DNA of 64,000 bases. It comes from Candidatus Bathyarchaeota archaeon (GTDB taxonomy: Archaea > Thermoproteota > Bathyarchaeia > Bathyarchaeales > Bathycorpusculaceae). The stretch lies in contig CAWHVC010000001.1 of assembly GCA_963832745.1 (NCBI GenBank), positions 608,001-672,000 on the forward strand. The letters run 5' to 3'. Below are positions 18,648 to 29,638 of the stretch, piece by piece. Made by a program: the position numbers and the translations under genes. Numbering within the stretch: the first letter of the stretch is position 1; each line of letters begins with the position of its first letter. The notes under the pieces were generated by a model. That model was not told the origin of the DNA. It ran no database searches and saw only the letters and a program-made list of their open reading frames with translations.

Positions 18648-21600
18648 TTACCCAAAAATGGGGGATGACGGAGTATTACCGTTTAGCAGTTCCCAAACTG
18701 ACTGCACATTTGTGTTCAAATCTAAACTGCAATGCCAAAGCGCATCACCATCAACACTTCGAACGACAATTTCCAAGTTACCGCCAACAACTGTTGCCGC
18801 AACGCTATCACATGTTAAACCGTTCAGCACAATCCAACCTTGCCATACACCGCTGCTCAAAGTGTTGATGTATATGCGGTCATCTAAGCCTCTAACAAGT
18901 AGGTAAAATTGTGTAGCTGAAGAGGTTAAAGTTGGCGCTGAATCCGTCAATCCGGGTATGTTTGTCCAGCCTGAAAAGCTGTCGTCCGCCAAATTCACTG
19001 AGCCACTCCATAATACTTGCGTTTCAATTGAACTTCTCACTACTAGGTTCAACCTGTTATTTTGGATAGCTATGGCGATGCGGTCACATGTTGTTCCCGG
19101 CAAAGCGTTCCAGTTGCCCCACGTGTTAAGCAAGCAATTGTATGTTCTGTAAAACACTGTGTCGTCTAATCCTTTAACTGCCAGAAACAGGTTGGTTCCG
19201 TCGCTGGTTAAAGCTGGAGAAGCATTAGTTGCACCATCAATCATTGACCACCCTGAAAAGTCGCCGTTTGCAACGTCCACTGAACTAAGCCATAGACTTG
19301 AGCCGTCGCTGCCTAAAACCGCAAAGTACATTTTTCCCATACACAGCGTTGCCGCGGGACTAGTTGCAGTTGCACCGTTAGGTAACTTGTTCCAGTTGTT
19401 CCACGAATCTGCTGCTGGGTTATATTGGCGATAGAAAATTTCGTTGTCACCACCCCTGACAACCAAGTAACTCGGCGTTTCCAGCTGAGCTTCACCCATA
19501 CTTATCGAAGCGTCATCAATGTAAACACTTGCAGAGGTTGTGCCTGTGTAGTATCCAATGCCGAACCGTGCAGACGTAACCGCGCTTGAGGATGTAGTGT
19601 CCTGGTTTAGGGATGCCACTTCTACGTCGTCGACAAAAATCGTCAATGTCTTGCCTGAGGCAGCGTCAGCATAGTAAACTTCTATGTGATACCAGTTTCC
19701 TTCGCTAGGACCAGAAGTAGCTAATGTATATGGCCAATTGCTGTACTGAATTGCCCAACATGAACCCGATGTATCTGCTCTAACACCAAACGACCCAATG
19801 GTTGCACCGCTGGAGTTTGTTAGTTGTATAAACCAAAGTGATTGCCCATCTGCAAGCGGCAATCCATCAGCAATGTACACGTAAGCGCTGGCATACAATT
19901 CTGAAAGCCCATCAAGATTCTTGTAAGTGTATGCGCGTCTTGTGCCGTTGCCAGCGTTTATGTTGAATTGGGCACTGTAAACACCGCTGTGGCTTAAGCT
20001 TGAAACAACGCTTGCTGTACCGCCTGTTGTGTTTGTTGAACTTGTCCACACGTTAAAGTTACCTGATTCGAAGCCGTCAGCGAAAATTGTTGGTGGCGAA
20101 ATCCTGATGGTTGAGGTTTTGGTTGAGCCGTCGGTTAAACCGTCATTTGGTGTTACCTGGCATGTCCACCGGTCGTTGACTGTAAGGCTGCTGTGTGGAA
20201 TTGTGGATTCACTGCTTAAACCATCTTTAGTGTCAAGATATCTTTGGTTTGTGTAAGCTGCTGAAACCGCTGTAGGATAAACTTTGACTTCGTCAAGTAC
20301 GCCTACAAAGTCGCTTAAGGCGGCCATGTAGCTGGGCAGATCAACTATCTGCGAATAGTCTATGGCACTATTGAATGCAATCTCTAAGGGACCATCTGTG
20401 GCATTAATGTTTCCGCTAGCATACGAGTTTGCTTTTTGTGTACCGTCTACGTATATTGTTAAGCCTACTCCAGACTTATAGGTGCATACGACATGATGCC
20501 AATCCGCAACACCAGAAGTTAAGGTGTAAGCAACAGTGTATACGCTAGTTTGTGTGTAAATGTACCAAGTGTAAGTTAACTGTTGGTTTGTCAAGTCTGC
20601 ACTACAATCCAGCTGGTACCCAACTTCTGCGGTGTCATAACGATCAGTTTTCCAAATAACCGGTTTACTATTCATTGTTTGGGTTGCTTTTATCCAGCAT
20701 TCCACAGAAATCTCCTGCCAAGAACCGTCGCCACCTAAACTGTTACCTTGCTCCTCGATTCTTATGAAATCATTTCCATCAAAAGAGAAGCCTCCTCCGA
20801 CAACCCCGGGTGCCCATGTTGCACCAAAAACTGTCCCATCATTACCTATGCCTGAATAGTCACGAGTAACTGCATAGCCACTGTAGACCGCAGTAGCGTC
20901 AGGTTTAGAATCAAACGGCAAGTTAAGGTTCGCGATGGATACACCGTTTTTAAGCCAATTGTAAACATTGGTAACCGAATTGTGGTTTACATCAGTAGTT
21001 GATTGGTTACTGCAGGTTAAATCTTCGCTGTCACCAGTTAAGCTCAGGGTTGGCGTGCCTTGGGTGGGCGCTGTGTTTGTAATGTAGGGTGCAGTGTTAA
21101 ACCAGTAGTTGCGGCTTGTCTTATACCCTGCTTCATCAGTCACGTTTATCTGCCAACGGTAAAGCGTTGACGCGGCTAACCCGCTTACAGAAAACGTTTG
21201 TACGCCATTGCCAACGTTTATTCCGTTGCTTGTGCCGATGTTTGGGGTAGTAGTCACAGTATAATTCATTGTTTGACCCAACGGGTGACTCAACGTGAAT
21301 GAAAGCTGGTTAACTGACGTAGACACGTTAACGGCGCCTGCCATAATGTTGGGGGCGCTCACGTCTGGATATGGCCTGTTAAAAGGAACGTATTCTGAAG
21401 CCCCCAGCCGGCTTTCACTATAGAAATGGATTTCACTTCTTGCCCTTGGTAAACCTAGTTTTTCCTGTGAAAGCCCAGGCGTGTCAAAACAGTAGATGAT
21501 GCCGCCTTGTGTTAGTACAAGCAGTTCGTTTAGACCGTTATCGTCACGGTCGATATCTTGAACCACTGTACCAATAGCGGGACGGCGTAACCCCACGTAC

Positions 21601-22931
21601 TGGTCAACCAACTGGTAGTTCTGATTATAAATTTTTACTGTGTCACTGTTATTGCCTTCTTCATTGTAAGTAGCAACAATGATGTCCATTAAACCGTCGC
21701 CTGTGACTTCACCGACGCTGGGTCCTCTAAAGCATAGCCCGGGGTCTATGACGCCGTCTAAATGCCAATCATAAAGGTCCCAAATCATTGTAAGGTTAGA
21801 AATTAAACCCATACTTGTAGCGGAATGTGTTCCGTCAGCACATAACAGTTCCAGGTTACCGTCTTGATCAATGTCGTAAATGCTTGACTGGTAATGAACG
21901 GGCAAGCCAAGTTGGGGATCGCAGAGGACTGTCCCAGCCGCGTTTGTTAGTGGACGGCCGTCTGTAGAGTTCAGGACACAGATCCCGGTGCCTAGGTTGG
22001 TGGAAACAACATCTGTTATGCCATCTTTGTTGACGTCAACCAGCATCGGTATGTCGCTGCTTGCACCCCAATCGTAAACTCTCCAACGAAGCGTCAAATT
22101 GTCAGCCCAAAAAGACGTTAAACCTCGACCCCAACTGCCGTCACCATAGTAGACGTCGCGTTCGTTCATGTATAATTCGTAAGTACCGTCATTATCCGTG
22201 TCGCCAAGTGACAAGCCACCCGCACATGGATGCCAAACTTGAGTACGTGCCTGTTCAACCATGGTTTGCTGTATGGGGTCCCACTCGTAAGCTAACAGTT
22301 TGCCCGTGTCCGGCTGCTCTTCGTAAGCCATTACGCCAATGAAAAGGTTGGGGTAACCGTTGCCGTCTATGTCGCCTATTACTCCACTGCCATCGATTCT
22401 TCCACCGATGGGTGTAATAAAGCCGCTAATTGTTGTGCCATTATACGTATAGGTTCCTGGCGCACACCAAAGAAGACTTCCGTCCTCTGCATTTAAGATG
22501 TATAGTCCAGCTGGTGCTTGTAGAGCAACTACAATTTCCAGTTTTCCATCGCCATCAATGTCTGCCATTTGAAGTGTTGCTGTGTCGCCGATGCAGGGGA
22601 TAGTGGTCCGCCATATTTCGTCGCCGGTGCGCCCGTTAAGACAGGTAACTCTTCCAGCCGTTTCAGAAGGCTGTGCTGGGCCTCCAGCGTGAAAAACTTC
22701 TTCGCCTGGAACATTTGCAAGGACATCTGCGGTGACGATTGCTTCGCCGCCTCCGGCTACATAGCCAACCCATTTAGGATGCAGATAGTTACCTTGTGAA
22801 CTTGAGTTCCAGAGTTCTGCTGAAACAGGGTTTGACGGCAAGAAAAGAATAATAACTGAACTAATCAGAAGTACGATTAATAAAAAACCGTTAAAACGGG
22901 CGTTGGATAGTTTACCAATAAAAGAATTCAT
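18648..22931 (-). CDS. 1427-aa secreted multidomain protein: FG-GAP/VCBS propeller, Fn3-like, Ig/LamG, carbohydrate-binding sandwich, C-terminal PLL-like propeller repeats
   Basis: DIDGDGKLEIVV repeats, DYSG.GNDG...FDGNDF...WHHVVCTY...LDEVKVY LamG, FADGFESG, VRG.D..I.Y...W..W repeats. Confidence 0.85.
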   Translation of the reverse strand: MNSFIGKLSNARFNGFLLIVLLISSVIILFLPSNPVSAELWNSSSQGNYLHPKWVGYVAGGGEAIVTADVLANVPGEEVFHAGGPAQPSETAGRVTCLNGRTGDEIWRTTIPCIGDTATLQMADIDGDGKLEIVVALQAPAGLYILNAEDGSLLWCAPGTYTYNGTTISGFITPIGGRIDGSGVIGDIDGNGYPNLFIGVMAYEEQPDTGKLLAYEWDPIQQTMVEQARTQVWHPCAGGLSLGDTDNDGTYELYMNERDVYYGDGSWGRGLTSFWADNLTLRWRVYDWGASSDIPMLVDVNKDGITDVVSTNLGTGICVLNSTDGRPLTNAAGTVLCDPQLGLPVHYQSSIYDIDQDGNLELLCADGTHSATSMGLISNLTMIWDLYDWHLDGVIDPGLCFRGPSVGEVTGDGLMDIIVATYNEEGNNSDTVKIYNQNYQLVDQYVGLRRPAIGTVVQDIDRDDNGLNELLVLTQGGIIYCFDTPGLSQEKLGLPRARSEIHFYSESRLGASEYVPFNRPYPDVSAPNIMAGAVNVSTSVNQLSFTLSHPLGQTMNYTVTTTPNIGTSNGINVGNGVQTFSVSGLAASTLYRWQINVTDEAGYKTSRNYWFNTAPYITNTAPTQGTPTLSLTGDSEDLTCSNQSTTDVNHNSVTNVYNWLKNGVSIANLNLPFDSKPDATAVYSGYAVTRDYSGIGNDGTVFGATWAPGVVGGGFSFDGNDFIRIEEQGNSLGGDGSWQEISVECWIKATQTMNSKPVIWKTDRYDTAEVGYQLDCSADLTNQQLTYTWYIYTQTSVYTVAYTLTSGVADWHHVVCTYKSGVGLTIYVDGTQKANSYASGNINATDGPLEIAFNSAIDYSQIVDLPSYMAALSDFVGVLDEVKVYPTAVSAAYTNQRYLDTKDGLSSESTIPHSSLTVNDRWTCQVTPNDGLTDGSTKTSTIRISPPTIFADGFESGNFNVWTSSTNTTGGTASVVSSLSHSGVYSAQFNINAGNGTRRAYTYKNLDGLSELYASAYVYIADGLPLADGQSLWFIQLTNSSGATIGSFGVRADTSGSCWAIQYSNWPYTLATSGPSEGNWYHIEVYYADAASGKTLTIFVDDVEVASLNQDTTSSSAVTSARFGIGYYTGTTSASVYIDDASISMGEAQLETPSYLVVRGGDNEIFYRQYNPAADSWNNWNKLPNGATATSPAATLCMGKMYFAVLGSDGSSLWLSSVDVANGDFSGWSMIDGATNASPALTSDGTNLFLAVKGLDDTVFYRTYNCLLNTWGNWNALPGTTCDRIAIAIQNNRLNLVVRSSIETQVLWSGSVNLADDSFSGWTNIPGLTDSAPTLTSSATQFYLLVRGLDDRIYINTLSSGVWQGWIVLNGLTCDSVAATVVGGNLEIVVRSVDGDALWHCSLDLNTNVQSVWELLNGNTPSSPIFG

Positions 22932-23167
22932 TTTTGAATACTCCTAAAAAAACAAGCGATAACTAAAGTTGAAGAAGAAACTGTCAGGATATAAAGCTTG
23001 CGCTTTGATACAAAAAGGGCTTGATTATTGACTAAATCTCAACGGTTAATTTGCTGGAAAGGCTTAAATTTGTGGCAAAACGAAGTTTAAGTAGGCAAGT
23101 TAACGTTTTACTGGTCTTTTACCGTTTGCCACTAACACTTTTTAAATCAAAACTGAGAGAAACAAAA

Positions 23168-24685
23168 ATGGTCAAGCCACAACTGCAACCTAAACATGCA
23201 AAAGCAGCGTATATGTTGACAACAGTTCTGGTTTGCCTATGTAGCATGCTGTTGGTTTTAGAGTTAGCTTCAATCGGTACTTGGGTTTGGAACCTTTTTG
23301 ATTACAGCTACCCATTCAGCTTGGCTTCTCACTGGCAGTTTGCCCTCGTTAGCCAGAGTTTGACTGAACTGTTTAACCCGTTAACTTCCTGGCTGTTTCT
23401 GGTGTTCCTGTCATGCTGGCTTTGGTTCCCCATCGTCAAAGCCTTTAAAGCTTCACCGTTAGGCACAAAAATTTTGTCAAAACCAGTCCAATACATCCTG
23501 CCACCACAGACCAAACCGTTAGGCATTAAAGAGTTAGCTGGAGGCTTGCTTGTTGTTTCAGCGTTAGCAGTTTTAGTAGCCGCCTATCCGCTTGTTAGCC
23601 TTCCTATCGGTGTGTTGACAGGGACAGATTCAACCTACTATTACACTTGGTTAAACCAGCTCCATGCAAACGGGGCTCTTTTTGCTTTTGGAACTGATAG
23701 GCCATTGTCAAACCTGCTCTTGTACGCTGTTCAAGCGCTAACCGGCATGTCAACCGAATGGGTCATCAAACTGGCGCCTGTCGTGTGCTGTGTGGTTTTT
23801 TGTTTGGCGGTTTTCTGGTTTGTAAACACTGCGACAGGTAACAATCGTTTGGCTTTGTTGTCTGCGTTTTTCACGGTGTTTTCTTTTCAAACAACAGTAA
23901 GCCTGTACGTTTATAGTCTTTCAAACTGGATAGCGCTTATCTTGATGTTTTTCATTTTCGGCTTGTTCCTTAAAAACGCTAAACAGGGAACCTCTGTGAA
24001 ATTAACCATTCTTCTTGCTTCTTTGGGCGTTATCCTACTGTTAGTGCACCCTTATTCTTGGGAAGTGGTAATCGCAATCTTCGGATCATACCTCATTTAC
24101 ACGCTGTTAAGAAGAAACGAAACTAAACAAAAAATCAAGCAACTAACCCTTTTTCTGTCTGCAAACTTGGTTTTCTTCATAGTTTACGCTTTGTTGCCTT
24201 TCGGAAATGGGTTAGGCAACGCGGGAGGCGCCGTGCTGAACTTTGCCTTGCCAGCCAATATTTTTTCCAATGTGTTCCAAGTTCAAACGGGGCTACAGAA
24301 TATGGTGGATGTTTGGGTTGGCGGCTTGTTTGGGGACTCTCTTCTGGTTTTGCTTGCAATTGTGGGCGTCTTCACAGTGGCAAACTGTAGAAGACGGTTT
24401 AGTCGGTTAATGATGTTTTGGGTTGCTGTTTCCTCCGCTATGTTACTTGCTTTTTCGCCAGAGTCCTTCTTTTATTACCGTATAGTTTACATGGTTCCCA
24501 TGCAAGTTTTTGCGGCGTCAGGACTAAGTTTAGTTTTGCAAAAAATGGAAACAGCAAACCCGACAAAAAAAGAAAAAATGTTGATGGTTCTGAAAATTTT
24601 GGTTTTTGTTTTGGTGATGACTTTCCTGTTTAACTATGCATTGAGCAGCTTAGCCAAAGTGCCCCTGCATATCCTCAGCGACTAA
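23168..24685 (+). CDS. Polytopic membrane protein, GT-C/polymerase-like
   Basis: About 13 TM, GTDSTYY, DRPL, HPYSW motifs; glycan locus context. Confidence 0.65.
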   Translation: MVKPQLQPKHAKAAYMLTTVLVCLCSMLLVLELASIGTWVWNLFDYSYPFSLASHWQFALVSQSLTELFNPLTSWLFLVFLSCWLWFPIVKAFKASPLGTKILSKPVQYILPPQTKPLGIKELAGGLLVVSALAVLVAAYPLVSLPIGVLTGTDSTYYYTWLNQLHANGALFAFGTDRPLSNLLLYAVQALTGMSTEWVIKLAPVVCCVVFCLAVFWFVNTATGNNRLALLSAFFTVFSFQTTVSLYVYSLSNWIALILMFFIFGLFLKNAKQGTSVKLTILLASLGVILLLVHPYSWEVVIAIFGSYLIYTLLRRNETKQKIKQLTLFLSANLVFFIVYALLPFGNGLGNAGGAVLNFALPANIFSNVFQVQTGLQNMVDVWVGGLFGDSLLVLLAIVGVFTVANCRRRFSRLMMFWVAVSSAMLLAFSPESFFYYRIVYMVPMQVFAASGLSLVLQKMETANPTKKEKMLMVLKILVFVLVMTFLFNYALSSLAKVPLHILSD

Positions 24686-24805
24686 ATCTTTGTCGCAAGT
24701 TTTTGGTGCTTTAAAGGTCACTTGAACAACAGTTTTTATGGTGTTCTCTTGTTATTTGTAGACGGGACATTTGGTTGTTTGATGCTTTTCTATAAAGCAG
24801 CTTTT

Positions 24806-25330
24806 TTATTCGAAGCCTACTGTGCCTGTTAAGGAAAGATTCGAAAGTTCTCCGTTACCTTCTAAGGGTAAAGCTACGTTGTCAGCGCTTAAATTAACAG
24901 TAAACGTCTTTTCCTCTGCAGAAGCTACAACATTGTTTAGTGTCCATGTTACAGGGGTTCCACCGTACTGCGCAGTTATGTCAAGAGTAAACGTTGACTC
25001 GTCGGCTTGGCTTAAGGTTCCTGAACCGCTTGAAACAGTCAAGACATCGTAACCTTCAACGGTTACATCTCCGCCTCTAGTGTTAATGTTAATTGTTGAG
25101 TCTGTTTTTCCGTCAGCGGTACCAGTGACTGCGATTGAAACGTTAACGTTTTTTTGTGCTTGCTCATCAAATGCCGTGCCGGTTGCGGTTAGAGTGAAAC
25201 TGGAAACATTATTTGATGCAGATGTATTGTCCGAAAATGCAAGCATGTATCCAACAGAAAAAGGCACTATGATGCATGCCACCAAAACAATCAGTACTAT
25301 AGCAAACAATCGATTCCTCAAAAAAATCAC
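24806..25330 (-). CDS. Hypothetical secreted or anchored beta-rich protein
   Basis: N-terminal TM then Thr/Ser/Gly-rich beta strands. Confidence 0.7.
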   Translation of the reverse strand: MIFLRNRLFAIVLIVLVACIIVPFSVGYMLAFSDNTSASNNVSSFTLTATGTAFDEQAQKNVNVSIAVTGTADGKTDSTININTRGGDVTVEGYDVLTVSSGSGTLSQADESTFTLDITAQYGGTPVTWTLNNVVASAEEKTFTVNLSADNVALPLEGNGELSNLSLTGTVGFE

Positions 25331-25372
25331 TAAAATAACTGAGTAAGCGCCTGTATTTAAGAATTGTTATCT

Positions 25373-27983
25373 TTATTTTGATACACAACTGAGCCTTTTG
25401 TGCTTTAATAAAAAACTCCGCGCAAAAAAGATAAGCAGCCAAGCTGAACCCAAAACGGTTGTTAAAACCGACAGTGCACAAGCAACTGAAAACAGTTCTT
25501 GCGGTTTGTACTCTAAAGTAAACGTTAACTGCCCCGTCTGATTAATCAGGTAACCGTTCACCGCACCATATACGCAATCAGGCTCGATTCTCTGGCCACC
25601 AATCATGCAAACCCACGAGGGATTAAACGATTCTGAAAAAACCAGCAACGAAGGCTCGGTCAAACTGATTTCACCAGTATACTTGGTTGGGTTTATACAT
25701 AGGTAATTCACGTTTTGGTTAACTGAGAAAACGTCAGAGGCATCTTTAACTTGCAATGCAATTTCTTGAAAAGTGACATTAGCAAAACAGCTCAGTGTAG
25801 ACAAATAATTTTCAAGTCTGCTTGCCCCAAACCAGACGCAAGCGCTTTTTGCGCTTTCTGGAGCTGAAAAAACATTTCTTGTTTGCAGCCACATGTTGTC
25901 CTGCAAATCATTGTCACTCATAAAGCCTGACAAATTCAACGGAAAGTGCTTCATTCTCTGATGTAGATGTGGTCGTGTTGAACCACATGATTTTGGCGTG
26001 AAGATCCGTTATGTTGACGGCTTTAACAGCAAAAGATAACAGGTATTGTTTATTCTCTTCAACAGAGACGTTTTGGTTGATGTTAGCCCACCATTCCTTC
26101 TGCCCTGAAACGCAGAACACGTTGTCTTCTGTTATGTTGAGTGCGTCTGTTGGCCAAACCTGCCAATACTGCAGATCTGTTTTTGGGCTTGGGCTTTTTA
26201 TCAGATTTTCAGAGTTAGGCAGATAATCTGTTGTAATGTTTAAGTTAGTTGCTCTTGAATAAAGTGGGTTTATTGCCTGCGTATTTTCAAAAACCGCAAA
26301 ATCGTTATCCTCAAATTTTAGATTGAAATTTTTATCGGCATCGAAAATTTTGTAGAAGTACTGGGGATTGCCTGCGATCCAGTAGGAATCGTAGGAACTG
26401 TAAATGTTCGGCTCAGCGGGGGTTTTAGTGTTTGGTTCATCATAGGTTTTGTCTATCACCACAAATTTTACGCTGTAAAGACCTAAAAGCCTGCTACGGT
26501 CTGGACTGCTTTGGGAAACTGCAATCTCAAAACTCTGTTTTAGCCAGTCTGTTTTAGATGTAGTTCCAGAGCCTAACGCTATACCGAAATAGTTTGCTTC
26601 TTGACTGCTAACTTTTAGGAGCTCCGAATACTCCCAAGGAAGAAACAATACGCGGTAATCAGTGTTAGATGCGTTTAACTGGTTAAAAATCGAGGGTAGT
26701 TCAGAATATTTATCTTCAATGTAGTAGCCGTTTCCACGTGTTTTGTTTAAACCTAAACTACCATCTAACGCCGGCAAATTGTAAAGAGAAATAAGTACAA
26801 TCAAAACTATAGCAATCATAACTGAAAAACACGGTTTAAACTTGCTTTTTATCATTTTAAAAAGTTGTTCGCTTCCTAACGCAAAAAAGAAGCAGAGCAC
26901 AAAAGCAAAGGGATACATTAGTTTAACAGGGTTCCTTAAGCTTGACAAAACCGGGTTTAAATCAACCAACCCCGGATAAGCCTTCACCAGCAAAATCAAC
27001 CCAACAATTAAAACTGCTCCAACAGCGAGAGGGTAAAAAAGGCGCCCATTATCTTTTTGTTCTCTGCCTGTTTTTCTAATTAACGGCATAAACGCCAACA
27101 AGCCAATAGCAAAAATAACATAGCCCAAAGCTGTCTGTAAAGTCAAAACGTTATACCCTAAGTATTCTGCCGCTTGGGCGCTGCCTCTGTTTCCTGAAAG
27201 CCGGATAATATTGCCTATACTGCTATCACTATAACAATATGACGCGTCGGAAAGATAACTGGTTGACACTGAAGTGTTACTACCGATTCCAACATACCCA
27301 ATCAGGTTTGGGAGAAGAATAAACGCAGCCATGCTTAACGGAATAAGCAGTTTACCCAATTGTTTTATATTAAATCCTGCCTGAAAAACTGCAAAGAAGA
27401 GCAGCGGCAAAACCAGCGTTAAATACCAAAAAGCAGCGTGAACATTAAAAACTGCAAAACTAGTAACCCCTAAGAGCACGGCGTCAACGTAACCTGGCTT
27501 TCTAAGCCAAAGCAGCCGATGTAAGAGAAGGAAAATTAACGGAAAGACTGAATAAACAATCAATGTTACAGAACCGCTAACTATCTCTGCAATCGTTATG
27601 GGGTTTATTGCGTAAACAAAGGCGCCTAAAATTGCGGGGGCCAACTTGAGATTTGTTTTTCTTGAGAACAAAAAGAATGTAAAAAAAGACAACGGTAGTG
27701 GGAAGAAAAGGAATAGTTTCTGGGCAAGAGTTGAACCTATAAAATTTGAGACCACAAAAGCAGACAAGTAATAATTGAAGGGTTTAAAAGATATAAAACC
27801 CATGCCATCTTGGTTCCACGAAAAAAAGGACCAATCTAAAAAAACATTGTTGGTACTTGGAAACGCAATTAAATCGCCGTATGCCCACATTCTTGAAAGT
27901 TCAAGTTTATGCGTTAAAATCCATAAAAATAAAAAAGCAACCACTAAGATGCAGGCAATTGCGATTTTTTTCTTGTTGTCCAT
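25373..27983 (-). CDS. GT-C-like membrane glycosyltransferase (YfhO/AftD-like) with CBM-like domain; split by a frameshift near 25915
   Basis: GD motif after TM1, YAINP, LRNPVK, YRVLFLP, LGLYSVKFVVIDK, LLVFSESFNPSW...VNGY; the two ORFs overlap and continue one domain. Confidence 0.7.
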
Positions 27984-28765
27984 TAAGGCTTTAACATCCG
28001 TCCACCATTAACGTCGCCTGTGTTTGGTTGAAAAGGTTTTAGGAACTCTTTTTGGCTCCAAAAAATGTTAACTTCAGACAAAGCATAATTTGGAGGACTT
28101 TCTTTTGAGGCTACAATAACTATTTTTTCTGCAAGTCTAGGGAAAATGCCCGCGATTTTTCGGCTTAACCGGTTGTTATAAGGGTAAATATAGGTACCTT
28201 TTACGGAGATAGCGTCAAAACCAAAACTGTCAAGGAGCCATTCTACGATTTTGCGGGTGTAATCTCGGTAATGGGGGCATTTGTAGTGTGCAGAGTACAG
28301 GGGCGGCAGGTCATAAAATGTCTGAATCAGCAGAGAAGCGGGCTGGTTAACGTTTGGGAAAGTCAAAATAAATGTGCCTTTGGATTTTAGAACCCTATTA
28401 ATTTCGAAAAGCAGGTTATCGGGAACAAGAAGGTGCTCAATCGTTTCCGAACATACAACAATGTCGAAGTAGTCTGAATCAAACGGGAACTGGTCAACCT
28501 CTAAATCGGCAAGGTGAGTTTTAACGCCTAAAGTCTCTGCTTTCTGAAGCAGTCTATCGCTTACATCTAAACCGTGAACCTCGTTGCCACGGGTGAACGG
28601 TGCAAGAACATGGCCGTCTCCGCAGCCGACGTCCAAAATCTTAAGTGACCGTTTATTCTGAAGGAGCTTTAGCAATAGTCTATTTACAACTGTGTCTTTT
28701 TGGTCTCCGCTTGAGTCATCAAAATTATCATAAATTGCTTTCTGTAAAGAACTTGTTCTTTCCAA
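27983..28765 (-). CDS. Class I SAM-dependent methyltransferase
   Basis: ILDVGCGDG, FDIVVCSETIEHL, RVLKSKG. Confidence 0.9.
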   Translation of the reverse strand: MERTSSLQKAIYDNFDDSSGDQKDTVVNRLLLKLLQNKRSLKILDVGCGDGHVLAPFTRGNEVHGLDVSDRLLQKAETLGVKTHLADLEVDQFPFDSDYFDIVVCSETIEHLLVPDNLLFEINRVLKSKGTFILTFPNVNQPASLLIQTFYDLPPLYSAHYKCPHYRDYTRKIVEWLLDSFGFDAISVKGTYIYPYNNRLSRKIAGIFPRLAEKIVIVASKESPPNYALSEVNIFWSQKEFLKPFQPNTGDVNGGRMLKP

Positions 28766-28816
28766 CTGCTGGTGCTCCTTAAACGTTGAAAACTTTTAGT
28801 TAACGGTTAGTTGTTT

Positions 28817-29638
28817 TTAGGCTGCTAAAACTCCAATCTCATAAGCAGCCGCTTTTAAAGCCAAAAGAAGGCATGACTCCAAGCCAATCTTAAGGTTTGA
28901 CGGAGAAAAAGCGCCCTTCCTAAAAACCGACTTCTTAACTAACAAGTCACTGTAGCAACCGCTTACCAATAAATATTTCGTAGTCACGCCATACCGAAAA
29001 TTTTTCTTGCATAACTGCACAAGACTGTCCGGCTCAAAATGCCAAACACCATTTGGCAAAATACCGACTTTGGATGAAACACGATAAGCTTCAAAATAAA
29101 TAATCGCGTGATCATGCGCTACGATATCGCGAAAAATTTTTTTGGGTATATTTTCAAAAGCCTTCTCCAAAACTTGCCGTTTATATACGCGTGCCAGCAT
29201 GACGCCGTTTAAGGGATCAAGATGCAAGTCTGACCTTTTATGGATAAGCTTTCTGTCTGCTTCAAAAAGTTTTTCGGTAAACGTTCGAGGTTCAAAGGAG
29301 CGTTCTTCAACACACAACATGTCATACTTGTCCATAGCTTTAACCGCCCGCTTCACCGCTGTTTTCTCCAGAACCTGATCTGAATCAAGCAAAAAAACTA
29401 GGTCGCCTTTGCATCTTTGAAGACCAATGTATCTGGCGCCTAAAAGCGCCCCAGAATAGTTAATGACTTTACCATAGTTTTGTGCGATTTCTACTGTTCT
29501 GTCTGTGCTTTGGCTGTCTACTGTTAAAATTTCGATTTTAGAATAAGTCTGTTTTGAAATGGAATCGAGACACATTTTCAAGTGCTTATCTGAATTAAAT
29601 GTTGGAACCACAACAGAGACTAACGGTAAATCACTCAT
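28817..29638 (-). CDS. Glycosyltransferase family 2
   Basis: VSVVVPTFN, VDSQSTDRT, LDSD. Confidence 0.9.
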   Translation of the reverse strand: MSDLPLVSVVVPTFNSDKHLKMCLDSISKQTYSKIEILTVDSQSTDRTVEIAQNYGKVINYSGALLGARYIGLQRCKGDLVFLLDSDQVLEKTAVKRAVKAMDKYDMLCVEERSFEPRTFTEKLFEADRKLIHKRSDLHLDPLNGVMLARVYKRQVLEKAFENIPKKIFRDIVAHDHAIIYFEAYRVSSKVGILPNGVWHFEPDSLVQLCKKNFRYGVTTKYLLVSGCYSDLLVKKSVFRKGAFSPSNLKIGLESCLLLALKAAAYEIGVLAA